From NCBI GenBank assembly GCA_013239625.1, contig MU054526.1:2236721-2300720 (forward strand): 64,000 nucleotides of DNA, in the 5' to 3' direction. Position numbers and translations under genes: made by a program. The notes under the pieces were generated by a model. It was not told the origin of the DNA. It made no database searches and saw only the letters and a program-made list of their open reading frames with translations. This document shows positions 41,506 to 53,500 of the stretch, piece after piece (position 1 is the stretch's first letter; every line of letters begins with the position of its first letter). Origin of the DNA: Lama guanicoe (taxonomy: Eukaryota).

Positions 41506-44500
41506 ATGTCGGGCGAGGACGGCCCGGGGGCGGGCCTCGGGGCGGCGGCGGCAGCGGCCCGGGAGCGGCGGCAGGAGCAGCTGCGGCAGTGGGGGGCGCG
41601 GGCGGGCTCCGAGCCGGGCCCCGGGGAGAGGCGCGCCCGCACCGTGCGCTTCGAACGCGCGGCCGAGTTCCTGGCGGCCTGCGCGGGCGGCGACCTGGAC
41701 GAGGCGCGCCTGATGCTGCGCGCGGCCGACCCCGGCCCCGGCGCCGAGCCCGACCCTACCGCCCCGCCGCCCGCCCGCGCCGTGCTGGACTCCACCAACG
41801 CCGACGGCATCAGCGCCCTGCACCAGGTCAGCGCTCCCGCCCGGGCCCCTCCCGGGACCTGATCCGCCCTGGGTCTGCGCCGCCTCGAGCACCCTCCCTC
41901 CCCAGTCCTGGTGTGCACCGTGGTTGCCGCCCCGGTCCTTTCCCTCCCGTTTGACTCCCTTTCCCATCCCACCTACGTCGAGCTCCCCTCTTCCAATCCC
42001 GAACCACTTGGACTGGCCCTGGTCTTTGCCGTGTTGCGCTGCCCTCTCACTGGACTTGAGCCATTGCTGAGGGCCCCAGTCCAGCCCACCTCACCGGTCC
42101 TCGTCTTGTCGCTTGACGCTGCTCTTTCCCGACCTTGAGCCTCTTTACTGGTCTCGCCCGGGCCACCTCCGCCGGTGCCCTCTCTACCCTGCCGCCCACT
42201 GCTGCACCTCTTTCCTGAGTCTGTGCTACTTCTTCCAGCTCCACCAGCGCCACCTCTTCTGGCAATACTTGTAGCACCTCTGGCCCATTTTCTCCCCTCT
42301 AGGCAGGGACCACTTCCACTGCGCAACACCCTTGTCTTTCCTGGGTCTGTGCTGCTTCCTCCCCTGGTCTCTGGTTTGAGCCACCTCTTTGACTAGGTCT
42401 AGCAACTTCCATGACACTCCTTTCAGGTTTCTCCTTCTCGTCCTTGGTCTCTGTCATCTGTTGCTATCTAAGGATGCTCCTTCCTGAGCCACTGCCTTCA
42501 AGGCTCTGTGCACTTGAAGTGGATGCTTGCCCCATCTGGGCCAGTGCATGCTCTCTCCCCTGCTCCCTGCTCCGCCTCCTGCCCTCTTCATTCTCCTTCC
42601 GGGTCCTGTGTCACCTCAAGCCTCCCACTGTGGGCCTTCTCTCAGGGATGTTTCTTCTCCAGGCACCTGCTCTCCCCATCGCTCCTCTTGCCTTGCACCA
42701 TTACCTTTTTTTTCTGGGCAAACTCAAGGCATCCACCTCTTCCTGGCTTTGGGCCACCTGTCTATCCCCTGACTATCTTGCTTTCTCTGCCCTGATACTC
42801 TCCTGTGGATTTGGGCAGCTTCTCCCTCCCACAGAGTGCATGATCTCTTCTAGCCCCATGTCATAGCACCTTACTGAGGGTTTGAGAACCCTGTTAGTCC
42901 TCACTCTCTACAGTCTGGGTCCCCTTGCCTTTCCAAGAAGACACCCTGATTTCTGCCTCCAGTGTTCCCGTGTTCCAGAACCAGGGCCATATTATGTCCC
43001 AGAACCAGGGCTCTCTGATTTTGGGTGCTTTTATCACTCCTTCCCCTCCTCCAGTGGGACCACCAGGGACAGGCCACAGAAGATCCTCTGTCCCCTCCCT
43101 CTGTCCCTGAGGCCGTCTCCTTCCTATTCTCCCCAGATGGATTCAGCCCCCAGCCCTCTTTTCCCTGCCAGAACCCTCAGGGTTTGGACGCAGAGAGGAC
43201 CCTGGGAAGGAAAGGTTGGCAGAGGGTAGGAGGATGAGACAGATGGCTGAAGAGGCCCACTTCCTGGGAAGAGGAGCAGTTTAGGAAAATGGGGCAGACC
43301 TGAGTTCTCATCTCAGCTCCTCAACTTTGTGACCTTAATTAGTGTCTTTTCTCCCTGTGCCTCAGGTTTCTTATCTGTTAAATGGGGCCAGTAGCCAGTC
43401 CCTCCCAGGCAGGACTCTTGTGAAGAAAGACAAACACCCTTCACGAAGCACCGTAGACCTTGAGTTGAGGGGTTGTAGCCCCTGGTCTAAGTGGTACCCC
43501 TCCCCCCTTTCTCTTTCCCTCTCCCCAGGTCTGTCCCCTGCAGAGGCCCCAGTGTTACCTGGGACATTGCCTTCCATCTCAAGGAGGGTCCCACTTCCTG
43601 AGGCCTTGCAGGGTCTCAGAGCTTGGCACACCCAGGAAAGAGGCTTCAGGCTTCAGTGTCCCCCTTCCTCTACCACCGTCCCTACTCCTGACTCCCTTGG
43701 ACCTTCCCGAAGGGGTTCTTGGATCTGCTTTTCAGGCCAAGCCCCATTCTGCAGCTCCCCCCTGGGCCGGGACGCGGCCAAAGGCCACTCCAGCCTGGCC
43801 TGTCAAGTGGGACCCCCGCTCAACCCCCACTGCAGGCAAGCACTTGGTAAACTCGCTTTGCAGGGCTTTGCAGGAGGCCTGAAGGATTAGGGCCTCTGAG
43901 CTTCAGAGAGGGGAAGTCCCTGCCTCAGGTCACACAGCCAGCCAGCGGGGCAGCTGGGGTTTGGGTCAGGTCTGGGTGTCTGGTGACCAGTGCTGGCTGG
44001 TGTGCCGGGGACTGGCCTGGTTTTAACACTGAAAGTCCCAGGTCCCAGGAAACCCCCCAGCCTCGGGCAAACCGGGACAGCTGCTCACATGGTCTGGGTG
44101 AGACCTGGGGCTGTGGTTTCTGCTCTGCATCCTTCCCAGAGCAGGTCCCCAGGCATTGGTCCCTGCCTAGGTTGTGTCCCCAGAAGTTCTCAAGCCTCAG
44201 TCCCTACCTCAGGCCGGTTTGTCAGCTGCTTGAGGTGACTGGTGTGCTCTACCCCTTCCTCGAAGTTGCCTTGTAATTAGTGCCCAGGGGTCTGGGTCTG
44301 GACTAGGAAGGACTGTGAGCCAGGATGCTTAGGTCTAAACAGGGAGGAGTCAGGGTACCTGGACCCCTGGGTCTGAGGGAGGAGGGGCTGGTGCCTGGAT
44401 TTTTGGATCCCTGGTGCCCGGGCCTCAGGCGTCTTTCACATGGATGCCTGTGCCTGGCCAGGTCCTTGAAAGGGAAAGGCCCATCTCCCTCCTTGCCCCC

Positions 44501-47500
44501 CCTCCCATCACCATGACAACCGAGTGGAAATAAACGGAGCCCAGAGTTCATCCCGTTCCCAGGGCACGTGTGGCCCCCCTTTCGCGGCCTGAGTTTCCAT
44601 GACTTCATGCTCTTGGCCCTTGTAGCTTCCTCCACTCTTCTCCAGATGGATGGTTTGGGAGAGGTGAGGGAGCTGAGGGTTAATTTACCCTGAGGACCCA
44701 GGAGTCCAGGGCCACCCCCATCTGTCAGGCGCTGCTCAGGTCCCAGTGGCCACCTGGTGTTTGCATGTGCCCTGGGCTAAGTCCCTTCTCCGGCCCCCAC
44801 TTGCTGGGCCACCTTGGGGAAGGGCTTTTGTCTCCTGGAGCTTTGATTCTTCCTCCATGAAACAGGATCCTCACAGTGGTAGGATTAGGGACGATGGCCC
44901 ATGGAAACGCCCTGTGCATAGTAGACCCTCAGTGCATGGAAGCTGCCTCTCCTTGGACCCCAGGCCCTGGGCACATGCTCACACGGCTGTGTCTCCCAGT
45001 GTAGGAATCCTTCCTAGGACCCTCGCTCTGCCCCGCATTCCCAGGGACCTGGAGACTTTACCAGCCCTGCACAGCCTTGGGCCCCGGGGATCTAGCTGTC
45101 TCCCTTCTGGGTATGAGGCAGGGCCATGGTCAGTTCCTGTAGAGATGCTGTTGGGTCTGAGGGANNNNNNNNNNNNNNNNNNNNNNNNNNNNNNNNNNNN
45201 NNNNNNNNNNNNNNNNNNNNNNNNNNNNNNNNNNNNNNNNNNNNNNNNNNNNNNNNNNNNNNNNNNNNNNNNNNNNNNNNNNNNNNNNNNNNNNNNNNNN
45301 NNNNNNNNNNNNNNNNTCAGGTCTCTTCCCTTTGGTCCATCACTGGAAGCCCCACCCTCCAGTGGTGACTGTGGAGAACATCTCACCTGTAAGCATCAGT
45401 CAGGATTCCTACACCGGGGTGAAGACCCCTCTCTTCTCTATCCAGTTCCTACTTGCCTGGTTGCTGGGAGCCCTCCTCTCATGGTCTCCAGTGAGCTCCA
45501 GATGCCTGGCTGACCTGACCACTGGGAAACTGGGGTGGGGAGGGTGTCTTAAACAGCTAGGTGGCTGGTGGGGCCTCTGGGGGCAGGGCCTATCCCTGGG
45601 CCATTGGGGTCCTCTCCTTGAATGTTGTGGCCAGTTGGCCCCTGGATCCCCGTCAGGAGTCCAGTCTTGCCAAGAGTGCGGTGTCGAGTGGGTGAGGGCC
45701 GACAGCCCTGTCCCCGCCCCCCAGGCCTGCATCGACGAGAACCTGGAGGTGGTGCGCTTCCTGGTGGAGCAGGGCGCCACTGTGAACCAGGCAGACAACG
45801 AGGGCTGGACACCCCTACACGTGGCCGCCTCCTGTGGTTACCTGGACATCGCCAGGTGAGGCAGGGAGGATGGGCGAGGCCTGAGGGGGGCTGGGGCTAG
45901 GGCTTGGAGCCCTCGGCCCTGACCTCGCCCTGCCCCCAGGTACCTCCTGAGCCATGGGGCCAACATCGCCGCTGTCAACAGCGATGGGGACCTGCCCCTG
46001 GACCTGGCCGAGTCTGACCCCATGGAGGGGCTGCTGAAGGCGGAGATCGCCCGCAGAGGTGGGCCTCGGGGGCTGCCAGAGGCGGGCCCTCCGCTTCCTA
46101 GGACGCTGACCCCCTTCACCCCCCTCACTGTCCATACTTGGGAAACGGGTTGTGAACACCTACCCTCAGGGTTGCTGGGACTGTTAATCGAGTAATCGAG
46201 GCACTGGAGGGAGTGCTTGTGTCTCTGCTCCACACAGAATAAGAGCACAAACCATCATTGACCCGAAGCTTTGTCTTATCCTCTGAGTAACTGAGGAAAC
46301 TGAGGCAGGGCTGGTCCAGGGGACAATGAGGTGAGACTGCAGGTCTTCGTGGGAGTTTTACTACCGGGCAGGCAGAGGGATGCAGAGGCTTCTGGGGGAC
46401 CAGTCTCCTGGGCTCAGGACCGCTGAACCCCAGGGGTCCCTAATATGGGGCTCAGGACCCCCCAAGGCCTGTATGTGGCCAGTTACGCTTTCTAGGCGGA
46501 GTGTATGTTACTTCTAGCAGGATCTCAGAGGTGCTTGTGGCCCCCCTCCCCCCGCCCCCCTAAAAATAGCTGTCTAGGACCAGATGGCATGCAGGGTGCA
46601 TGGGCAAGGCTGGGTGGGGGACGGCAGGTAGCATCACTGAGTCTCCGGAGCCCTGCAGCCGTGCAGGGTCATAAGCATGGCTTCTGGAGCCCAGCTCTCT
46701 GTGTGTAGGGGTGACTGGTTGCTGGAGTGAGCCAGCGGTCAGGGTTCAGTCATGAGAAGGTGTGAGTGCGGGGCCTGGTGGGTCTGGAGGGCCGTGCGGG
46801 GGCAGGAAGGCTGATGAAGAACAGGGGTTGGGGAGCCCCAGGTGACGCCCGGGTTCCCGGCCTGGTCGGGTTGCAGCGCTCTGGCTGGGATGGGAGGGCC
46901 AAAGGCCTGGCCCAGGCAGGTCATGTGTTGGTGGCCGTGGGAGCCTTGCAGGGCTCCTGAGATGGACGGCTGAGGTCCCTGTTTGGTTCATGTTGGGGAG
47001 TGAGCAAAACTAGGGCAGCGTCGGGGTCTCCTCCCTCCTCTCGTCCACTTTTTATCTCGAAAAGCTTCCAACTCAGAGGCAGGTTTCAACTGCAGTCCGA
47101 CAAGTGACTTTATGACCTTCACTGAGACTGACCAGAGCTCTTTAGCATCTTTATGGAGGTAGGACTCAGTGTGGACAGCTCAGCCTTGAAAGTATAGATC
47201 TGGTTGTTTTTTTGTTTGTTTGTTTTGTTTTTTTAGTTTATTGACACTCAATGTTGTGCGTTCATCACCACATTGGTTTTAGAGGATTTTGATCATCCCC
47301 AAAGAGACCCCACACCCCTGAGCTGTCACCCCCCAATCCTCCAGCCCCCTCAGCCCCGGGAAGCTGCCCAATGGCTTTGTATCCACGGATGTGCCTGTTC
47401 TGGACATTCTGTATAAGCGGAGTCATAAAGCACAGGCTCTGCGATTTTTGCCTTTTTGGCACATTTGCATGTGCTTCCTCCCTCTCCCCGCCCCCATCTG

Positions 47501-50500
47501 TAAGTTGCCTTTCCCCGCCTTTCCTCCTTCCCTCCCTCTTTCTCTTCCTCCTCCCTGGCTTCCTCCCTCTCTTTCCCGAACCATTTTGAGATGTTTCAGA
47601 CACGGTTGCTCCACCTGGGGAGACGCAGGAGCCCAGATGTAAAACAAGGCTGCTTTCCTTGTAACCGCCATGGGGGTGGGACGCTGTTTCTCTCCTCTCA
47701 GCGTCTGGATGCTGACTGTGATGGTGAAATGTTACCTATCTTGGGCACTGTCGCCTTTTCCCGCTGCTTCAGGACCTGCCCGGCTCCCTCCCTGCACCTG
47801 GTCCTCCTGTCACCTTGGTCTCCCTCCCTCTGGACCAGCCCTCGCTCTCCTCGCCTCCCCTGTTTCACACGGTGGTCCCTCAGCCTGGACCTGACTGGTT
47901 CTTCAGTTCAGCATCCTTGGCAGGAACCTCTCAGCACGTGCCTCGGGGACACACGCTCTGTCTGCCCCCCGTTACTGGTGGTGGTAACTTCAAACTTCCT
48001 TCCGGGGGTTGCCCAGGTGACTCTACTTCAGAGGCATCTTCCTCCCTCTGTAGTTAAAAAGTAGTCTGCAGGGCGATGCTTGCAGGCCGCTTCTCTGGGC
48101 CGAGAATGGCCAGCAGGGGTGGGTGATTTCTCAGATGTTTTGTGTGTTTCTACAGGAACTGCCTGTAGCTCATGTCACCTTCTCACGGAGGCCTGTGTGC
48201 CCTTCTGCAGGGCAAGGAGAAGGTGGGGGGCGGATATTGGCGGGTAGGGCCGAGCAGGCAACAAAGGCTGGTGGTACTGACGGGAGGACCCTCTGCTGTG
48301 CTGCTGGGGGCGGGACAGGCTGCAAAGAGCACCGCGGCTGCTGCCTCTGGGATCCAGAGGCCTTGGCCCACGTGGCCCCGGGATGCTCGCCTTCACACAG
48401 AAGCCTCGGCGGAGCGTGGTGGGCAGAATCTGGGTCGCCGCTGGAAGGTCTCTGGACCTCCTGGCTCAGCTGCTGAATGAGGCGCGACTCATTGCGAGCA
48501 CCAGAACCCGTGGCAGCCTGGCTCGGGCCAGAGGAGTCTCCCACACCCCTGTGCACAGCAGCATTGTTCACAGTAGCAAAAGGGTGGGCGCAGCCCAGGT
48601 GCTCATTGAGGGATGCCTCCTGGACAAGCACTGTGTGGCATGTACGTGTAGTGGAATAGTGCCCAGCCTGAAGAAGGAGGGCATTCTGACCCTGGCTACA
48701 GCATGGGTGAAGCTTAAGGATGGTGTGCTAAGGAGATAAGTCAGGCACAAAAAGTGCAAATGCTGTATGATTCCACGTATGTGAGGGATTTGACTGAAAT
48801 AGTCAGACTCATAGAGATGGAGGGTAGAAGGTAGTTGGCAGGGGCTGGGGGAGTGGAGGGTGAGGAGTTATTTAATGGATGCAGGGTTTCACTTTTGCAA
48901 GAGGAGAGAGTTCTGGAGATGGATGGTGATGGTGGCTGCTCAACAGCGTGAGTGTACTTAATGCTGCTGAACCGCGTGTGTAAAAATGGTTAAGATGGTA
49001 AATTCTGTGTGTATTTTACCACAGTTAAAAAAAGAAGGCAATTTATGGGCTTGTGTAACTGACATCTAGGAGTTATATGGACTTCAGGCATGGTTTGATC
49101 CAGGGGCACAGACAAAGTTAAAAGCATCCCCCATCCCTCTGCTGAACTCTGCACTGACGTCATTCTTGGGCAGGTTCTCTCAGTGAGGTGCTTAGCAAGG
49201 CTTCCAGCAGTGCAGGCTGATACCCCAGCTGAACTAGAAGTAGGTCCCTCAGTAGTCCCGGCCACGGCCCTCTGCCTGACGCAAGCCTGGGCCTTGGTCA
49301 CAAGTCTGCCCCTGAGCCGGTCACTGTGGCAGGGAGGATGGTCAGGCCTGGTGATGTGGGCGCCCGTGGAGCCACGCTGTGGGGCTCAGTCACGTCACAA
49401 CCAGGTGGGTTGATAGCAGGGGTGAAGAGAAGGAAGACGTTATAGAGGCGGGGTGGATGCTGGCCAGTCCAGTCAACGGCTCCACTATGGATGCCGTCCC
49501 CACAGCCCAGGCCGCAGCACGGTGTCCTGTGCCGACAGGACCCCCTGGCCACATTACTCCGAAGGGCCATGGTTTAGGACCCACAGGGACTTGGAACTGG
49601 GCAGGACACTTGAAGAGTTTCTGAAATATTTAAAGCAATCCCACTCAGAATCCCAACATCTGAGACGGGCAGAGGGAGGGACTCCCTCTCAAAGGCAGGC
49701 AGCGTGGGCAGTCAGTCCCAGGGCTGGCGAGGCAGGGCCAGGGCACGCCCATTTCTGGCCGGCTGGGGCATTGGTGGTTGTGGCCGCTGTGGGAAACAGC
49801 TGGCCACCCTGGATCATAGCTGAAGACCTGCATTCCCAGTGTTCTAGCTGTTCCACGCCTAGGCCACCCGCTGGAGGCCCTCCACCCACTGGCCTACGTC
49901 TTGTCGTTTGTCATTGTGAGAGGATGTGGCTGACACCACAAGGAAAAGTGGATCAATTGATAATCTATAAATGAATGACCTAAGCTGGGCTTGGCAGATG
50001 TTCTAGGCAGTAAATATTTTAGGCTTTTCAGGATGCGCTGTCATTTTACCACCACCCACCCTGCCCCCCGCAGTGGGGGAAACAGGCAGGCAGGATATAT
50101 AAGTGAGTGGGTGTGGCCACGTTCTATTAAACCTTTATTTACAAACACGAGTGCCTTCCAGTGACAGGAAGTAGATAGGTGGTTGCTAGGGGCCTTAGGA
50201 GGGAGGTACAGGGAGTGACTGATGAATGGGGTGTGAGGTTTCCACTGGGGGCATGAAAAAGTACCACAGATGGATGAGTCGATGGCTGTGTGCTATGAGT
50301 GTCCTGAATGCCACTGAATTGCATACTTTCAAATAGTGAAATAGGTGAACTTTATGTTACATTTTTTACCACCGCCACCACGAAGAAAGTAAAAGCCCAA
50401 ACAGGTGGCCTGTACCCACAGGATGTAGGTTGCCAACCTCCATCAAGAGCTCTGTTAATAAACTCGGGCAAATCTCAGCAAAAAGCAGAACTGCAGAAGG

Positions 50501-53500
50501 ATGGGTATGAACAGGCAGGGTCGTAACTGCGTTTGCTGAATGAAAGGCCGGCAAACTCCGCCCTTCCCGCAGCAGGCGCCTGCATCTGTAACAGGGCTGA
50601 ATGTAGGCGATTCCCTTTGAAGAGGAGTGGGAGAGGGTGGATCTCAGAGTCCCCCGCACTCTCCAGGCCCCCGCCCCAGTCTGGGCCTGGGAGATGTGCC
50701 CTAACCAATCATGCATTCCTGGGATAGCCACCGGGAGACTCGCAGATGATCCCGTTGGAGTTTAGCTCCAGCGCCCAGGTGCCACCGGGTGGCGCCAGTG
50801 CGCAGCCGGACCCGGGAGGATTTGGTCCCGGAGGGGGATTGTGTTTCGGGGGTCCCACTGTAACCCTGGAGCAGACGTTTGCGGTATTGTAATGAGGACA
50901 TATAAGCAGGTTCGCATTTGTGAAAGCAGATTTGTGATGGCGGTTACCGCTCGGGCCGCAAGGAGCAGGATGAGGTGGGCAGGGGGCGCGGGGCTTTGGT
51001 TGCCTCTGTCACGTTTTAGCATTTTCAGCCAAGCGGCGGTGCACGGGGTCCGTGCCAGCGCTGCCCTGTGGGTGAATTTCAAAAAAGAAAAAGCAAAGAG
51101 GTGAACTTAATTTTAATAACATTTTATTTAACCAAGTATGTCCAAGACATCAATATAAAAAAACTTCATGAGCTGCTGCACATTTTAAAAAAAATCATAC
51201 TTGGAAACCCGGTGGGTGGTTCACACTTACTACACATCTCAGAGGGGAGACGCCACAGTTCAGGTGCTCCGTAGCTGCACGTGGCTGACAGCTTTTGTGC
51301 AGGATGGCTCAGCTCTGGGCAGCACTGGGGTGAGCGAGAAATGTCACAACTGCAAAAGTAACAGCCGGTGATAAAACTCCCAGGAGAAGGTGCACACATT
51401 GTCTAGAAAAGGCCATTTTTGACTCCCGTCTCAGTAGTTTATAACCTGCAAAGTACAGATTCTCAGTGACAGCCAGCAGATGACATTCCAGCCTCAGCAA
51501 AGCTGACTGTTTTGATCCACAGTTAACTGAAAGTCGTAACTGGCCGTTTGCAGCCATAAATGCAGTACAACTTGCTGCGAAACCGGTCGGAGACAGTGAA
51601 ATCGACCGGTGAGGAAGCGTGCTGGCCTCTGGCCAGCTGGCGCAGGTGACGGCACGTCGAGAGCGCGTCTGCACCTGGTGGGCAGGTGCTGCTGCCCCAG
51701 CGGGACGCGCACCGCGCAGTGGCCTTTTGCTGGGTATGTCCTCATGAGTGTTCAGCGTGGTCCTGGTGACCGAATGCCTGGCTGAGGGCTGTATTGGCAG
51801 TGCTAGGAGATGTCAGGGTGACCGAATGCTGCGTTTGCTCAGTGAACTGGAGGTTTTATACTTAGAAATAATGACACAGGCAATACTTTGGGTTAAAATG
51901 GGAAAAGGCCTGCGGTCTCCGTCTTCCCAGCCTCCAGCAGTGAGTCGGAGACCCTCATTGGAGCCCAGGACCTCGCAGAGCACGGCTGGGAGGTGCTGAG
52001 CAGGTCCAGGTCCCTGAGTCCCTGGCGCCCACAGAGCAGGGGGACCAGGCCGGGTACCACCCTGTGCTTCCTGGATCTGGGGGTGTGAGTTCCACCTGTT
52101 CCCCCTTCTCGTCCTCCCAGGGGTGGATGTGGAGGCAGCCAGACGGGCCGAGGAGGAATTGCTCCTTCACGACACGAGGTGCTGGCTGAACGGGGGCGCC
52201 ATGCCTGAGGCCCGGCATCCCCGCACGGGGGCCTCTGCCCTGCACGTGGCCGCCGCCAAGGGCTACATCGAAGTGATGAGGTGAGCTGGGCCGGTGTAGA
52301 CCCTCCCTTTCCCCTGCTCCTTCTCGCTGTCTCACACCTTCCTGTGGGTTTTCTCCACTCCTGTCCTTTTCTAATCCATGTGCCTAAGGCCACGCGTTCC
52401 CCTCTGAGTACAGCCTCAGCTGCGTCTGCAGGTCTGATGTGCAGCCTTCTCTCTGTCCTTCAGTTTAAAACATTTTCCAGCTGCCAATCCTCTCTGACCC
52501 ATGCGCCGTTCAGAAGTATGTCATTCATTTCCAAACACATAGCATTTCCTAGTCATCGTTTCATTCCAGGCCTGCCTCGTCTGTCGTGCTTTGCAGATAC
52601 TGTGGGGTTTGTTTGTTTTACAAATTGAAGGTTTGTTGCAACCCTGCGTTGTCAGGTGATGGTAAGCATTTTTTAGCAATAAAGTGTTTTTTGATGAAGG
52701 TATGCACACTGGCTTTCTAGATGTAGTGCCATCACACGCTATACTAGGCGACGCTGCAGTGAAGACATAACTTCCACGTGCACCGGGAAGCCGCAGAGTT
52801 CGTGCGCCTTGCTGCAACGTGACGCCTGCTTTAGCTCGGTGGTCTGGAGCTGAGCCCTCAGCATCTCTGAGGGCTGCCTGTGTGCGTTTCCTGCCGTCCC
52901 TGCACGGGGCTGTCGGGGGATGGGTTCCGTGTGATTCCAGGTTTCTGAAATTCATTGGGATTCACTTCATAGCCCAGTGCGTGTGACCTGGAAAAGAGCT
53001 GCGTTGCAAAGTACAGCGTTCTGTGTAGGTCACGAGGTCAGCTTTGCAGTTGTGCTATTTAAGTCTTCTATATCCTTAGTGATCTTTTTTCCCCACCTGC
53101 TTATTCTGTCAGTTGCTGTGAGAAGCAGTGAAACGTCCCACTGTGGCTGCGGGTTTTCTTCTTGTGGTTGAATCAGTTGTTGTGTTACGTACTTCAAGGC
53201 CGGATTACTTGGCGCATCTGTCTTTTAAGTTGTTGCAGGACGTCCTCCCTCATCCTCTCCTGCGTCTTGTCCGCTTCTGACTGACAGGAATGTCGGAGTA
53301 GCGGGTTCCACTTCTTCAGGTGCCCTGCTCTCTGCTTTCTCTCTCTCCCTCGTGTGATGTTGTCCTGTATTTTTGGTATGAAAATGGAGTTCAGGTGAAT
53401 CCCTCCATCTCTGCTCACCTCTGAGTGATGAGTTTTTGGGAAGGTTTCCCTGTAGGGAACTTAGGATGACCGCTGACAGCTCCAGGTTCATGTCCTGGCT

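Noticed and set aside
41010-41972. 320-aa minus-strand ORF and other long ORFs over PPP1R12C exon 1
   Set aside because: A stop-poor CpG island antisense to a real exon, with low-complexity Ala/Arg/Pro/Gly content and no recognisable domain.
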